Shown here: positions 24,274 to 38,717 of the stretch, in pieces | How positions within the stretch are numbered: the stretch's first letter is position 1 | Layout: the number at the start of each line of letters is the position of its first letter | NCBI GenBank assembly: GCA_038496445.1 | Contig: JALMLS010000342.1 | Location: forward strand, 1-64,000 | Length of the DNA: 64,000 bases | Source: Trichosphaerium sp. ATCC 40318 | Taxonomy: Eukaryota; Protista; Tubulinea | Reading direction: 5' to 3' | Notes under the pieces: generated by a model | What the model was told of the DNA's origin: nothing | The model's database searches: none | The model's input: the letters and a program-made list of their open reading frames with translations, nothing else | Program-made: the position numbers and the translations under genes

Positions 24274-26026
24274 TTATTGTTCTTTTTGTTTTGTAACATT
24301 ATAATTCCATAAACCCACCAACAATGTTGTATGACAAGCGAAAAGTGCTAAAGATGTCATAGCAGTAGAAGGATAGATAGCCCAAACAATCTCCATAATA
24401 ACGAATAAGCCAAGCCTAAAGGAGAATTACGATATTAAAAGTATTGACAGATATTGTACTTGACGAGCGTCGGAATATTTGTAGCCCATAGAAGTAGAGG
24501 TATGCTGTGGAAGAACCATACGTAAAATTGGTAGTGCAATGTACGTGCAAAGTAAATACCAATAAAATTAGACGTAAATAAAATAACTGCTATTTCTTTG
24601 TATCGTTAAGGGCGTTGGTCTGTCGTAAGTAAACTAAAGAACAAGAGAATGTTGTAGGATACGCTTTGGTGTTAGTGGCTTGGCTTTACTTGTTTTACTC
24701 GAACATAGGAGCGAAAAAAAGCCGCTAAGATGAGTAAGTTTACAACGCCATTAAAGGAATCTTGAATTGATTTTATACATACCTCTTTACCCAATTGAAA
24801 TTGCAAAACAAGAACCATAAGCTTATATTACAAAATAGTAAAAACAAACCCCAATAAAGATTTGTAAATAGTTCCTCTGGAAGGAATCTCCAATTAACAG
24901 TCCACTTGTACATGAACTGACGGCCAAGGTTAAATGCACATGCTATGTATCCAATAGCGTTCTCTTTCAAGAATGGCAAAGCAAGTACAAGCTATGAAAA
25001 GGGAGGTATTTAGAATCTGTAAAAAGACAATGACACAAACGCACTTGTAGGATTGCACAAATAGATATATTCTTTACAGCACCTACGAAACCAGTTTCTC
25101 GTAGAAATATCACGAGCAGACCAAATGAATAAAGCAACACATTCATCTTTATAGACACAGCAAAGCTTTAAAAAAGCAAGCACTTAGAGTAACAAAAAAA
25201 GAATATTTTGCGCACCTGAAAAACAAACTACCTATACTCCATCGCTTGTATAAGAACAACAATACAGCCACGTGCAAGAAAAAAGTTGCAAACGTGTCAT
25301 TAAATAAGCGTAACACGTAAATTGAATGTATGCGTTTTGACACGCTAAGCAACACCAATGCCCATAAAGGAACCTAAAAACCGATGAATAAATTGTCACG
25401 TGTTGCATTAATGTTGTAGCGAGAATAACATACTGTTTTTACGCGTTTGTATATCAAGTACACTACAGCCAAGTTGGCCACATAGAGAGCAGCGAAAATA
25501 TATTGTGCCAGTAGAATATTCGTGCCACTGTCTACAATGGCGTCACTCTTGGCCCACTGTGAAGTGTTACGCACCAGTGATCCAGTAAAGAGGTAGGAAT
25601 ACGTACACAAAGCCTGCAGGATATACGAGGGGTCCAGTACCTCCCTTGAGCTCTGTGTAATCGTATCTAATGCATTTATCAACAAAATAAGCTAGTTAAT
25701 TTCAAAAACCGTACTGGCCCTGGTCTACTCCTTCTACTTCTTCCATGTACGCTCTCCAATCAATCTCTGTGTCTTTTGTAACATTAGAGTGACAATTCTC
25801 ATCAAACTACTAGTACAAGTTTCCAGTACGTACAAGGGACCTTAGTTATGATTAAAAGAGAGAATGCTAGCTCGGCTAGTAAAAGCAATACAAGCGCATA
25901 AACTGGGTAATCTGTTGCTGTCAGCCATTTGTACAAACTAGTGGGTGTAAGTGTCACCAAATAAAACCGCTCTAACGTCGATAATGGTCCATTTGACGTT
26001 TCTTTAGTACTTGGTTCCTTTTGCAT
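24274..26026 (-). CDS. ALG3: Dol-P-Man:Man5GlcNAc2-PP-Dol alpha-1,3-mannosyltransferase
   Basis: [65 protein letters not shown] and [11 protein letters not shown]. Confidence 0.96.
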
Positions 26027-26112
26027 GGCTGCTCAAAAGCGAGCGTGCGTTCTAACGACTACTCACTTAATACTGTTCACCTAAACGCAAGTTTGTGTCT
26101 GTGTAATCCAAA

Positions 26113-26848
26113 ATGGCAGCAACCAACAATATAACATCAGCGGCTTCTAATCCAGGCGTAATAATCAAATTTACATTAATTCGCAAATTGATTTGTTTAG
26201 ACATTTGAGGCGCTGACGTGGCGAGAAGCACTATGGCTAAGTACACCGCCTGTCATATTATACATAATTGAACGAATTGTTTTGCGTTCTGTAATATCGT
26301 GGCTACACCGTGGCATTGCATCTAAAGTAGTTTCTTGGTGGAATAACTTATTACCACGAGCAAGAATAACGGCTGTACTGGTAAAGTTTCAAACTCTCTA
26401 AAACTAGCACTAACATATGTTTAAGGCGACGATCGTAGCAATCATTGCATTTGTTATCCTTTTTGCGGAGCATGACTCACTTGCACCCTATTTTGTTAAA
26501 TTTGTTGCTGGCGCGTCTATCTTGTCAAGGCACGGTGAAATGCTCGTAGTACCTTTGTACGCGGCCTTTATGGTGCTTGGCCAAAATAGAGTTGTGATGC
26601 TTGGCGTTTTTTACGCATGCATAGCAGCGTTTCTCTACTTCATAGCGAAGCGCACTAACGAGGAGGGTGACTGGAGTATACGCGATCCAGCCGCTCCGCG
26701 CACCGTCACGCTGCTACGTACGAAGTATAAGACACGCGAGCCTGTGCTTGAGTGGCCTACCAATGAACAAGGACATCAACAAATAAAACAAACAAAACTG
26801 CGCAAATGGCTCAACAAAATACTACCAAACGGTAATGTAAAGCAATAA
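26113..26848 (+). CDS. Hypothetical multi-pass membrane protein, 2 introns
   Basis: The ATG at 26113 splices in frame via two GT-AG introns into the hydrophobic 26417 ORF; several TM-like stretches. Confidence 0.55.
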
Positions 26849-27276
26849 ATAGATGTTTGGAAAAGCGCACGTGATTCGTTTTGTTTTTATCGTGCAGTAA
26901 ACGTCAAAAGGCAAATTGTGACATCTCATACGCCTGTCTACGCGCAAAGCTACCACGGGCACTAACTTCTGAAGTAACGGGTGATAAAACTTAGACTTTT
27001 TATGCGATTAAGTAGGAAATGAGCGTCTTCGCGTTATCTACAGGCTGATAGAGCGTACGCACTATTTAGTAATCACAATGGTAACTATAAATATTGTCCG
27101 CTCAAAAAACGTGGTCCCCTCGCTTTATTTAGTGACTATAACCGTTCACCGCGCTGTACGTTTGTTTTAAAGCTTGCAAAGTAGCCAGGTTTTTCTAGTA
27201 CACAACCTGTGTGATCCATTTGTACATCCGTCAAGGCACAACACAGCGGTAACAACACCTAAAACAACAACTCAAG

Positions 27277-28060
27277 ATGGTACGCCTTTATTAACAACTA
27301 AAAAGAACATAGCGCTCTGTGGGTTACCAGTTTTTGCCTCCTCTGCCCCTTTTTACTATTGCTTCGCTAAGTATGGGTTTTATTGCCTCTAACATCCCTT
27401 CTTTCTCTAGGCTAACTCTGCTTCCGGTATTCAAATCACTACTGATGTTATCAACCAACACAACAGTTTCCGTCAGCGTAACACCAACCAAAACCGCTAC
27501 ATCATGTACAAATTGAGCGACGACTTCACCGAGGTAGTTGTAGCTGAGAAGGGACCAACTTCTCACAACTGGAGCGACTTCGTCTCCGCACTCCCAAAAG
27601 ACCACTGCCGCTACGCTACTGTACTCTACGAGTACCAAAAGGGTAACGATGGTGAAAGAGCAAAGATCGTTTTTGTTCTATGGCACGTGACGCGTTTTTC
27701 CTTTTTCTTTTTTACATATTCGCTTTCCCACATCCTTAAATATCCATCCATTAACCTTTTTGATAAATACACTTGTGATTTATCCCACATTTTGTCCCTC
27801 ACTAAAAAGAGACTAATGCTAATAATTTTTCGCTTTAGGACTCCTGATAACGCTCCAAGCAAAGAGAAAATGCTTTTCGCTTCAACCAAGAACACCGTCA
27901 AGCAAAACTTGCAGGGTATCAACATCGCTATCCAGGTACTTTTTTTCTACTTACGTATACCGTATTTTTGACATCTCTAACACGTGTAAACCAGGCCACT
28001 GATATTGATGAAGCTGAAGAAGACATCGTTAAAGAGAAATGCAACAAATTCTCCAGATAA
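27277..28060 (+). CDS. ADF/cofilin (actophorin-like)
   Basis: M|ANSASGIQIT..RYIMYKLSDD..LPKDHCRYA..KIVFVLW|TPDNAPSKEKMLFASTK..IQ|ATD; first coding exon is ATG only; intron 2 has a GC donor. Confidence 0.96.
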
Positions 28061-28214
28061 ATCACACGAATTGAGATCTTGGGATCCCAAACGTTCGAAC
28101 CTAATAAAGCTGCCCTTTAGTTTAATCTTTATTTTATTTATTACTGATTCGCATTTTTACACGTTTTCTTTTCTGTTTTTTTTTTTTTTTTTTCCATTTG
28201 GAGCATCGCCTGAG

Positions 28215-31093
28215 TCAAGAGTATCGCCTTAAAGCAGCTATCGTTATCACGCCAATCACCGTTACTACGAGATAAAAGTTAGAGGTTTGTTTAACAGTTC
28301 ACAAATGAGTAATACGCACAAACAACTACAACTCCTGCGATAATGCTGAAAGTCAGAGTTAGGATTCTTCGGGGTTGGTATCCAAGTGCTGTGAGAGGGT
28401 AGTCTATAGGATCATTGATTATTTCATCACACTTTCCACCAGGGCAAGGAATACACATATTTTTCTAAAACCAAAACGTCAACTTTTTTTCTTAACCTAA
28501 ATGATCATTACGTACTTCGCATTTGTTGTCTGGCGGACAAGCACATGTTTTGCCACAATCTGTTGTCCCACAATATCCTTCAGTACATTCACATGGTTCA
28601 TCAGTGGTACACTCCATACCACTACATAAACCACCACAGCCATCATCGCCACACGTTTTTCCCTTGTCGGTGTTAATCGTGTTTGATACAATAAAATCAT
28701 TTTTACCTCACACGTAGGCTGGCATTTACAGCGATGATTTAGACAGTGTTCTCCGGCGGCACAATCACCGCAAGTACCATTACATCCGTTATATCTTTAG
28801 CACATAAGCGAATGTTTGGTAAAGAAAAATTTGTGTACCCGCATTCATGGTCTGTGCAGTCGGGTAGACAACCACATCTACCGTCAGGAGTGCATGTCAT
28901 ATCGGCGTGGGCACACTCGCCACAATCACCGCCACATCCATCTGGACCACAGTGTCTACCCTTTTGATAAAGAATCAGCATAATACTTCGTAAAGATTAC
29001 ATACTCCACAGTTTGGTTTACAAACGCAAACTCCGTGGCTGCACACATCTTGGCCTGTACAATCACCGCAAGTGCCTCCGCAACCGTCATGACCACACAC
29101 TGAGTTGGTGCAATTTGGCTGACATGTTTTTGGTACGCATTTACTGTCAATACAAGATTCTGCCCAAGGTTTCGGACACTGGCAAGTACCACCACATCCA
29201 TCATCCAGGCCACATGTCAATGAGCAACGCGGTACGCAAGTACATATGCCTTCTTCGCTGCACTCATTTGGAGAGTTACAAGTACCGCATACACCACCAC
29301 AGCTAATTAGTTTAGTACTTGTCATCAGTTATTCTAACAAACTTACCCGTCGTCACCGCATGTTTTACCAGCACATTGAGGTGAGCAAATACACCTTCGC
29401 TTGTTTAATACATTGTGAAAATATATACTCTTACCTGCTACCATTACAATGGAAGTTATCAGGGCAAACGCCACAAGTGCTACCACAGCTGAATTTACGT
29501 TAGTTTTTATTTTATCAAAAAGAGTCTTACCCATCGTGACCACAAACCTTGCCTACACAATGAGATTGACATGTTTGATTGTTTGGTTGCTCTAGAGTAT
29601 ATTTAGGATTTTTTTACACGGCTATCTGACGTACCAGTTTCGCAAGTTTCACCAGACCATCCACTGTCACATACACAAGAGTGGCCAAAGTTACATAATC
29701 CGTGAACACATGGATTCTTGCATGTAATATTAACGATTTTTATGTTATTGTCATAAGTAATCTCTTTTAGCACGTGATTAGGATTTACAATAATTTCTAA
29801 TTGGTAATCTCCAAGCGGCATATCAGTTACATCAATCCACTGACAATCAAGAAAATATGGATACCTAAATCACTTTAGAGTGACTCAAAAAAAAAAAAAA
29901 TAGAAAACAGGATGAAGGCTTACCAATCTATCCAACCAACTTGTAGACCTTGGACCTTTTCGTTGAACTTCCTGTGTCGGTTTCTAACACCTCGATTCGG
30001 CATAGAGTCCAAAACACTTGATCCGGACTTTGCACCTACAAGCACGAACGATGGATCATCCTATTAATTTGAATAAGTCCAAACTTTATAAGGAATACAA
30101 CTTACAATCCTGCGCAGGCGATAGTCTATCCAGTGTTCAAAATGTTGATGCTCCTACTAGATTGTCAAAATGGAAAAAAAAATTGCTTAACGCACGTGAC
30201 AAGCATGATATTTCCATAAAGGATATCCCTCTACTTCATTCCAATCAGCGGGGTTACCAACAAACAAGTCAGCAGTCCCTGAGTTAAGTACTTCAGTTGT
30301 AAATCTTAGGAGTTTTCGTTGTCCAACTTTAGCACAAGGAACTCGGCTTAAAACGTATTAGCATACTTCTACAAGGTGGATACGTACGCATCGACAGCAC
30401 AACTGCAATTTTGAAACCGCCTAAATTCTAGGAGCGGCCTAACAGCGGTAGGAATTACCTCAAAGTCAGGTAATTCTTAACCAAGTTAGCAGACATCGCC
30501 ATGTGATGATCGTACCTCCGCCTGTGCACTGCGTTCCTATAGCATCACAAGTACAGTATCCAAAGGGCGTACAAACAGGACCTGAAAGGATTAGAGAAAG
30601 GGGCGCTGTAATACATTATAGCGCACGTGTGAACGGAGATACACCAAGCAACACATCGCACCTTGTGGTAAATCGTCAAAAAAACATCGAAAATTTTTGT
30701 AGTACCTATCACCTGCCCATCCAGTGTGGCAAATACAAGCACTGCCTAGCATTTTTTTAGTCTTAGCAGTCACAATCTCGGACTAACCATTATAATAGCC
30801 AAATAGGCATGTGTCTATGCTGACCTCTTTTGTTTGGCATGCAGTGCCTTAATGTGAGTATTAGCAACGTTGAGTGATAGTGGTATTTATTTACCGTTCC
30901 ACCCTGTTGTACAAACGCAATGGTGATCTACGCAAGTTCCACGCCAGAAGCATTCGTCTGCACACTCTATATTTGTGTTTCAACGTGATATTACGATAAA
31001 TTAAATACCTTTCATGCAATTTCCTTCTCTAGGCGCCTGACTGGCGTACGCTACCATAAATAACGCCACCACAATAAAGAGACGCCCGCTCAT
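28215..31093 (-). CDS. Type I membrane protein: signal peptide, EGF-like repeats, lysyl oxidase domain, CGxDGCGGxCG repeats, TM
   Basis: LOX motifs LPDF, RKLLRF, NSGTAD, YHACH|EHQH, GAKSG, QGLQVGWIDW|YPYFLDCQWIDVTD and VNPNHVLKEITYDNN; about 7 Cys-rich repeats; TM ILTLTFSIIAGVVVVLTVIGVITIAAL. Confidence 0.88.
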
Positions 31094-31206
31094 CAATGCA
31101 AATTAAGGGCAACTGTCAAAAATAACCATCTTGACTTTTTGCAGCTTAACCTGTCAGGTTCTTCGTAGAAGTCTTTTAACAGCTTATTTACAGTAATTTT
31201 CGTGCT

Positions 31207-34075
31207 ATGACAGAGACTAAGCTTTTACCACAACGGTGGTTGTGCCGGGTACGAACTATTGATTATTATTCGCTGATACGTTAACAATGATGTTAGTTAT
31301 TTTCAACAATTGATGTTTGGGCATTATGTAAAGTACAACACGTTTGTAAAAGATGGAGCAATTTAATAATGGATTTATCTACCTGGGAGCGGTCTTTGCG
31401 CACATATATTACCAAAGCGACCATTAATTGCTGCAAAATACAACGATTAATTCAAGCATTAAAAAAGCTTCGTGCATACCCTTCAGCGTCCCAACAACAC
31501 GCAAACGACGTAAAAAAGAGACGCATGTTAAAGGACAAGAGTATTGAAAACACAGAGTATGCTGCGGAAGACACACGACTCGATTACGTAAAGCGCACGG
31601 TGGTACGTTTGTAATTTGGTTGGGCTTATTCAGTGACAATGTTTTAACGTCAAACCAAAAGGAACTCATTACAAAGTACCTTCAACGCGATCTCTCTAGA
31701 TTCGCACGCAAGGAATACTGCGTGCTGTTGGCACTACTGAATGAACGTTTGGCAGAGACTTACACGTACTTGGAAGGTGTACAACATGGATTGTGTCATC
31801 TCACTATAAATTTTGATGTTTATGAGCTTGTTTTACGACGGTATGTGCTCTGAGAACGAAAGTGTCACAACTGACTGCTTGTTATTTTAGGTATTTTTCT
31901 CAACTCACAGAGATGTTTCCACTTCGGGAATCCTCACGTAGACCAAGTGTGTCTCAAAATCCTTCTTTAATTATAGCAGATCAACAAGTACAATTGTTTG
32001 AAAAACTAGAATAATTACAATAACATTTATTTAGGCTCGTTCCATGTGGATTGCTATTGCTGGACAGAACGCTTATTTTTGTAGCTTTGAGGTATTTTTC
32101 GATATCTATTATGTGTACAACACGTGCTAATTCTCCTTTTTTGCAGCGTTTTTATTCTCAAGTGATAGACAGGCGTACAAACGAAGTACATAAAAATCAT
32201 GAAGCCAAGCAATACTTTAGTTATTTCTTAAATTTTCCTGAAGATGGCATTGTAACAACATACAAGTGAGTGCTCACAATGTCCCAATATTAGCCATATT
32301 TATTTCGCGTAGATGGCATATTCTTGTAGCCCTCTTTGGTCCTTACGATCAATTTTTTGCTAACTTTAAAAAGTATATTCTTGGCCAAGGGTTCCTTGGT
32401 CTTGTGAACCGCCTCCACGCCGAGGTATACATTACCCTTGTAAGCACATATTGACACCTTTTCTAGGAACTACTTAAAGACAAACCGAAGCGGTGTTTGA
32501 TGCGGTTTAGTCGAACTAATCCTACCTGTATGGTACGCAACTATTATGTAATGATAACAGGCACTTATGAACAAAAAGGCATTCAGTTACAATACAAAAG
32601 GATATGTTGCACATATTACAAATAACTCAAGGTTTGTCTTTGATTTACACGTGGCTATACACGTATTTACTTTGTTCCAGCTGGTGGGATCATTCACCGT
32701 TTAAATTAGCCAATATAGGCTCCTTTGACAAAAAGTCTAATGTGCCTATTGCGCACTTTATGGTAAGTATTTTTTCATCCAAGGAAAACGAATTTTTTTC
32801 TAAAAGACTTCTAGTCAGAGATGTTCAGTAAACGGAATTATGAGCTCGTTCAGTTTAGAGTGAGCGCCTTTGATACAAATGAGACTGATCTGATGGCATA
32901 TGCTTCTAATGCTGTACGTACCATACATTTGTACTAAATTAACACCCGTTAAAGTCAGCATATTTATCTGAGCCGTTGAACTTCAGTACATTGTCCAGCG
33001 ATGAAGAAGAAGACAATCCACTTCTGTCAAATGTACATACTCTGCTTGATTCTTTATTGTCTAACACAGAGGTTGCAGGGTAATAACGATCCGGACGAGT
33101 ATCCGTACGCTTTTATGTACTCGCCTTCAAATAGCTCAGCTACTGTACGCCTATATATACATATTTAAGTCCTTTTTTAGTTACAGTATTCAGGACTCTC
33201 AATTGGGAAACTCTGGAGGAGTTCCGAAATGTACGGAAATTTCACAACAGAAACCAATGCCTGTAGTTCCTTCATTATATCCTACCTTTAACCAAACCAA
33301 TGACGATGATGCTGCGCTTGTATACACAGAAGCTGAACTACACTCTCCAAACGCCTCAATTAATTCGCCAATTGTACCTCCTGTACACAACGTTCCTCCG
33401 TTCTCTCGAGGAAACGCAACCCCACATTCAATGCAACCCCTATCAAACTCTGGATTGCCTAGTCCTACAAGTAACCGGACTAACCCGTTACTGTACAACG
33501 GATTTCAATCACCAGCTACGGTAGAGTATAGTGAACCTGGTGTACCTGTACGAACATCATGTACTAGTCAAGTTGATTAACTCTTGAGCTTTAGTCAAGC
33601 TATGATCATCTAACAGGCAATGATGCTATGGAATACACGGAAGAAGACTCAGTTATGGCAGGAGGGTTTACACCCATTTACACTAGAGAAACCAACCAAT
33701 ACGATGAAGACGATATAGCTTCAAATACTTCCCATCGTAACGAAAAAGGGGATAGTTTGCTAGTTTATGACATGGTAGGAAATACCACTGCCCCAATTTC
33801 AGGTATTTGTCAGTATAAGCTATGTGAGTTAACACGTGACTAGATGCTCATAAGGAATATGACAGTGACGAGAGTTTGGTTAAGTATGTTAAAAACTACC
33901 AATCACCTATTTCTAATTGTTATTATTAGTCAATCTTCACCGCTTATTGGGGATACAGGATCAAGCTCATCCTTCAATTTTGGAGATGACAACCACGGCT
34001 TCTCGTTTGTACGCTTTCCACCTAGTAATTTTTGACTTACAAACGTTCTTTAGTAGTGAGAAGTCAACTTTCTAA
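31207..34075 (+). CDS. F-box protein with Cbl/STAT-like EF-hand-SH2 module and disordered C-terminus
   Basis: F-box LLPQRWLCR|LFSTIDVWALCKVQHVCKRWSNLIMDLSTW; LVALFGPYDQFFANFKKYILGQGFLGLVNRLHAE|ELLKDKPKRCLMRFSRT (SH2-like FxxRFS); 3' end approximate. Confidence 0.7.
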
Positions 34076-34285
34076 ATTAGGTTTGATAGTGTACTAAAGA
34101 AATATATTATGTCATTATTGTTGTTACGTTACTTTCTTTTTCTTCGAGTGTAAATAACCACCATGTCAAATATTGCTTTGTCATAACAGTTGACTAAAAT
34201 TCAGAGAATTGGGCGTTTGCCCTGGTTAATTTTTTTGTTTTCACAATACTACCAAGGAAATGGTATACGCTCCCAATTGAAAACT

Positions 34286-37200
34286 ATGAGCGCACCTAAG
34301 CAGAGTAAAGAGCGTGTACGTTAGTTAGCCTAGAACACTTCATTTTTGATCCTCACTGCTGTGTAGGTGTTTAGAGCGTGGTGTAATAGCCGCCTAAGCG
34401 TCGAACATCAATTCGAGGCTGATCTGCTTACAGCTTTTGAAGATGGTGTTTTGTTGTGCCACTTGATAGAGAGTTTATCTAGCAAGCGTATTGGATCTTT
34501 TCACGCGAAACCAAAGATTCAAATGCACTGTGTGGAGAATAACAAAAAGGTGCATTAATACGATCATTATCACCGCAAAGCATAACCGATTATTTTATTG
34601 TAACGAAAGCAACGCACTAAAACGCGTGTAGGCGCTTGAATCAATGAGAAAAGAGGGTATGAAGCTTAGTAAAGTGAATCCAGGCGATATTGCGCATGAC
34701 ATTGTCAATAAGAACAAAAATGCTCTTTACGATGTTATTTGGGGCCTTATATGCCACTACGAAATTAAACTTAAAACACCTAAGAAAACAATTCGCCGGT
34801 ATGGTTTATTATCATCAAAATTGTCATGACCAGATGTAGTTGGATACGTGGTATGGAATTAGCGTGCAAAGACTTCTCAACGTGGTACGCTTTATCTACA
34901 AACGAAGCCTTTTTTACTCCCTTGGCCAAAAATACTTATACCCTTTGTAAGTTGGAAAGACGGCGCTCTTTTACACGAACTACTCAAGCTATTGGATCCT
35001 GAATGTAATCTAACTATGGAGGTACATGCCGCCTAGCGCTTCATTTTTCATTAACAACATGAAGGGAAATGCAGAAAAAGATGTTGCATCTGCTATGGCA
35101 TTTGCCAAGGATAAGTATGATATCCCAGGCATTATCATCCTATCTGATATAACGAATGGTCCACATGAACGCGTTATGCTTCTATATATCTCATACATGT
35201 ACAAGAGCGCCGATCATAGCGTACGATATATACGTTTGTACTTCAAAATATAATACTTAGATAGGAAGGAGAGATGGCAAAATTCACTGCATCTGTTTCG
35301 TCACGTAAACTTCTCGTTGAGAAGGTTACGAAGGAATCTAATACAGATGACCCATCTACACGACCAAAAGAAGAGCCGTGCGAAGAAGACATTCCAACTA
35401 TAGCAATACAAGAACCTTTGGCAGATAAAGAGAAAGTTGTAGTTAAACCCACGAGAACATCAGCAACAAAGAGTTCGTTGAGTTACAACGATACTGTTGC
35501 TCGTGTAGGCGTTAAGAGTTCTTTTGTGGTGACTGCAAGAGATGCATCAGGTAAGGTCTATCTATAATCTCTTCTATTACGCCTAACAAATGATCCTTAA
35601 GGAGAATACATTGCTGAGGGCGGTGATACTTTCGAAGTTGCTTGCCAACTTCCTGATGGCTCATATAAAAAGAACATTAGTGTTGTCGATAACGACGATG
35701 GCACCTATGCTATTGATTTTTCTCCAGCAGAGTATGGTGTACATTTTATGTTTGTAACTCTGCAAGGTGAAAATATTAGACAAGTCCCTCAAGAATTTAA
35801 GGTGTTACCTGGTACGTTTTAACAAACGGCTATCTTTTTATAGTATTAATCCTCTCACTAGCTGCTGGTATCAAAATCAAACTGCATGGAGACGGTGTCC
35901 TTACAGGACCAAGCGGTATGTATAAAGACATCGTAAAGGTCACGTGATTTTTGACATTTCTTTGTGCAGGTTCGCCAACGCAGTTTGAAGTTTTGGTATT
36001 AAGTACTAACAATCAAAGATTTGATCTAAAGAAACATGATATACATGTTATTATAACAAACCCACGGAACCAACAATCTCAGTCAAGTATAAGGCGTGTT
36101 AAGAAAGGAACTTTTGCTGTAGAATATACTCCTGAGTTTCAAGGAGCATACGCCATAGATATACGTATCTTTGAAAAATCTGTAATGACACAACCACTTG
36201 AAGTAATTCGAGTTCAAGAAAGGACTAGGCGTAGAATGCCAAGTATAATGATAAATGATACTATGCCAATGAAATTAGGTGGTGCAGGCATACATCCAAA
36301 GAAGATCAAGCTTGGCATTGTTAATGCATTTACTATAACCTTGAATGACCCAAGGCTATCTGTTGCAGATGTATCTGTAATTATTACTGGACCTGGCTCA
36401 CCTCCAAGTACGTTAATCAGTAATTTGTTCAACTTACTGTGAAGTCACCTAATTTTTATTTTCAGCGGATGTCTATCCTCTTGATGATAGGCGTGGCTCT
36501 CTTGGAGTTGAGTGGACCCCAAAGTTTCCTGGTAAATATATTGTTTGTATTATTGCGAAGGATAAGATGCTCCGAAAGGAGTTGATTATTGCTCAAGAAG
36601 AGACAAATGATAACTTGTCTCATCATCTTCACACATCAAAAGAGAAGCTAGAAGGAGAACTTCTTAAGCTTCAGGAAGAACTTCAAATTAAACCTGGCGT
36701 TGATAATTTCTCCCGTCAGTTGTCTACTAATACTCGAACTGCATTCCAAGAGTTGAGGTACAGGATTTGGAACTTTTTGTTGTTTCTCAGTGTCACTTAT
36801 TGTTAATCTCTAGCAAACAAGCCAAAACGTCTATAACCACACAAACTACAAGGTGTGTCTTTGGTCCTGGATCTAGAAATGCTACACTTGATAATTGTTG
36901 TCTTGATTTTGTGATATATTCACTTGATGGCATGCCTCTTTATATTAAGAAAGAGATTCTACGTATTGCTGTTTCTAATGTTGGTTCATCGTCCAATATA
37001 CAAATTGAAAACACAATAGCATTCGATGCCACTACGTCTACTTATACTATAACGTATGAAGCAAAGAGCCCTGGAACATATGATATTGACATACTAGGTA
37101 ACAAAGAGTACTTTACAAAGCTTTAGTGACAATTTTTTTAAGTCGATGATCGTTCAATTCTTGGCCACCCCTTTACGCAACGGGTAGTCAAGGACGCTGT

Positions 37201-38485
37201 AGATTCTGCATCTAGTACAGCGTTTGGTGAGGGTATTCTTTACGCCATTATTGGTAGAAGAATGACATTTACGATTACAGCAAGAGACAATTTAGGTGGT
37301 ATAAAGCCTATAGGAGGTGATGCATTTGTAGTTAATCTAGAAGGTGCTGTTTGGTTTTTGTTGGAATACTTCAACAGCCCTTGAATATGTTATTAACATG
37401 AGACATCAGGTATTCGAAACTGCTTTGCTGCTGTTATTGATAATGGAAACGGCACTTACGAAGTGAGTTATACAGTACAAAAGAGTGGACCTTTTGTAGT
37501 TTCACCTACATATCGTGGCTCACTTATAATGGATGCCCCGTTTGCTGTACAAGCCTATGACTGTATGTTATCTGTATAATATTTACAATTGTGACAATTG
37601 CATAGGTTCTGAGATAAAGGCCAGCGTTGAGAGTTTTCCTTCAACCCTGATACAAAATAAGACAGCCGAGTTCTTCATGACGCTGAAAGACAAGCACGGT
37701 CAACCAATGTATGTCTTATTCATCGTCACTAGTTAAACTTACTGTTCTGTAGCGCGGTTCTCGCTAGTCTGTTTGAAGTTGCTATTCAAGGAAGAGAATA
37801 CATAGAACCTGTACGAAATGAGCTCCATTAAATTGAATTGCTACTTATATTTTTTCTAGACAATAAAGCACATTTCAAATGGCAGGTACTCAGTTCATTG
37901 GGTACGTGATTAAACAACTTTTTTAAAATTGATCATTATTAGATACCCTCTGAATTGGGTGAATATCATATTTATGCATCATTCAATGGTAAGTTAGTGG
38001 ATGAAGAGGCGCTTGAATGTGGTAAAGGTTAGTGAACACAAAAAATAATCACGTACAAACTTGAATTAAAGTTTATTTTAGCGGCACTACCTCAATACTC
38101 ACTTGTGAGTGGAGAGCAAGTAGTATTCGGTTCTATTCACTTGCAAACATATACATCCAAATCAGATATAAACCGGTGTGGAGGAGACGATGTAGACTTT
38201 ACTGTTAAAGGGCCAACTGGTAACTATTTTCTTCTTTTTTTATTTTCAATATCTTTTGTTACCACGTGACTAACTGGGTAACTAGGTGATATTCCAGTTT
38301 TTGTTGTTGATAACCAGGATGGAACATACAGTGGTTCGTACCAAAGTGCAAAAAATGGAGCCTATGAGTACGTTGCAAACTTTCTTATTCATCATTTAAC
38401 TGTTCTATTTAGGGTATCAGCAAAGATTAGAGGAGAACATGTTGAAGGGAGCCCTTATACTCATGAAGTTGCTTTAACACCATAA
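34286..38485 (+). CDS. Filamin/gelation-factor-like protein (tandem CH domains + Ig filamin repeats)
   Basis: VFRAWCNSRL, DLLTAFEDGVLLCHLIESL and DFSTCWKDG (CH domains); repeated VTARD..G..GGD.F, DNxDGTY and GSPY filamin motifs. Confidence 0.9.
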
Positions 38486-38717
38486 GACAATGTATAAATA
38501 AACCAATAAGCAACTATATCTTTCTGTAAACGAACGGTTCACCCAATTAAATTATAATTTTAACAAGGTGTCAACCCTATTGTAACTTTCTAAATTGCAG
38601 TATATTGGTTGAATTCAGTACAACACATGAAAACTTCCAATATTGACGTGTAAAAACGGTCTCGTAAAGTCTGACGAAATCGCCTAACTTGCCTTTTTAG
38701 TAAGCAAACAAACTACA

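Noticed and set aside
27762-27785. Hairpin in cofilin intron 2 as an intronic snoRNA
   Set aside because: Short AT-rich stem without convincing C/D or H/ACA boxes
30218-30228. ATATCCTT U12-type (AT-AC) donor on the minus strand
   Set aside because: Lies within coding sequence (EGYPLW) of the LOX domain; no minor intron is needed in the genes checked
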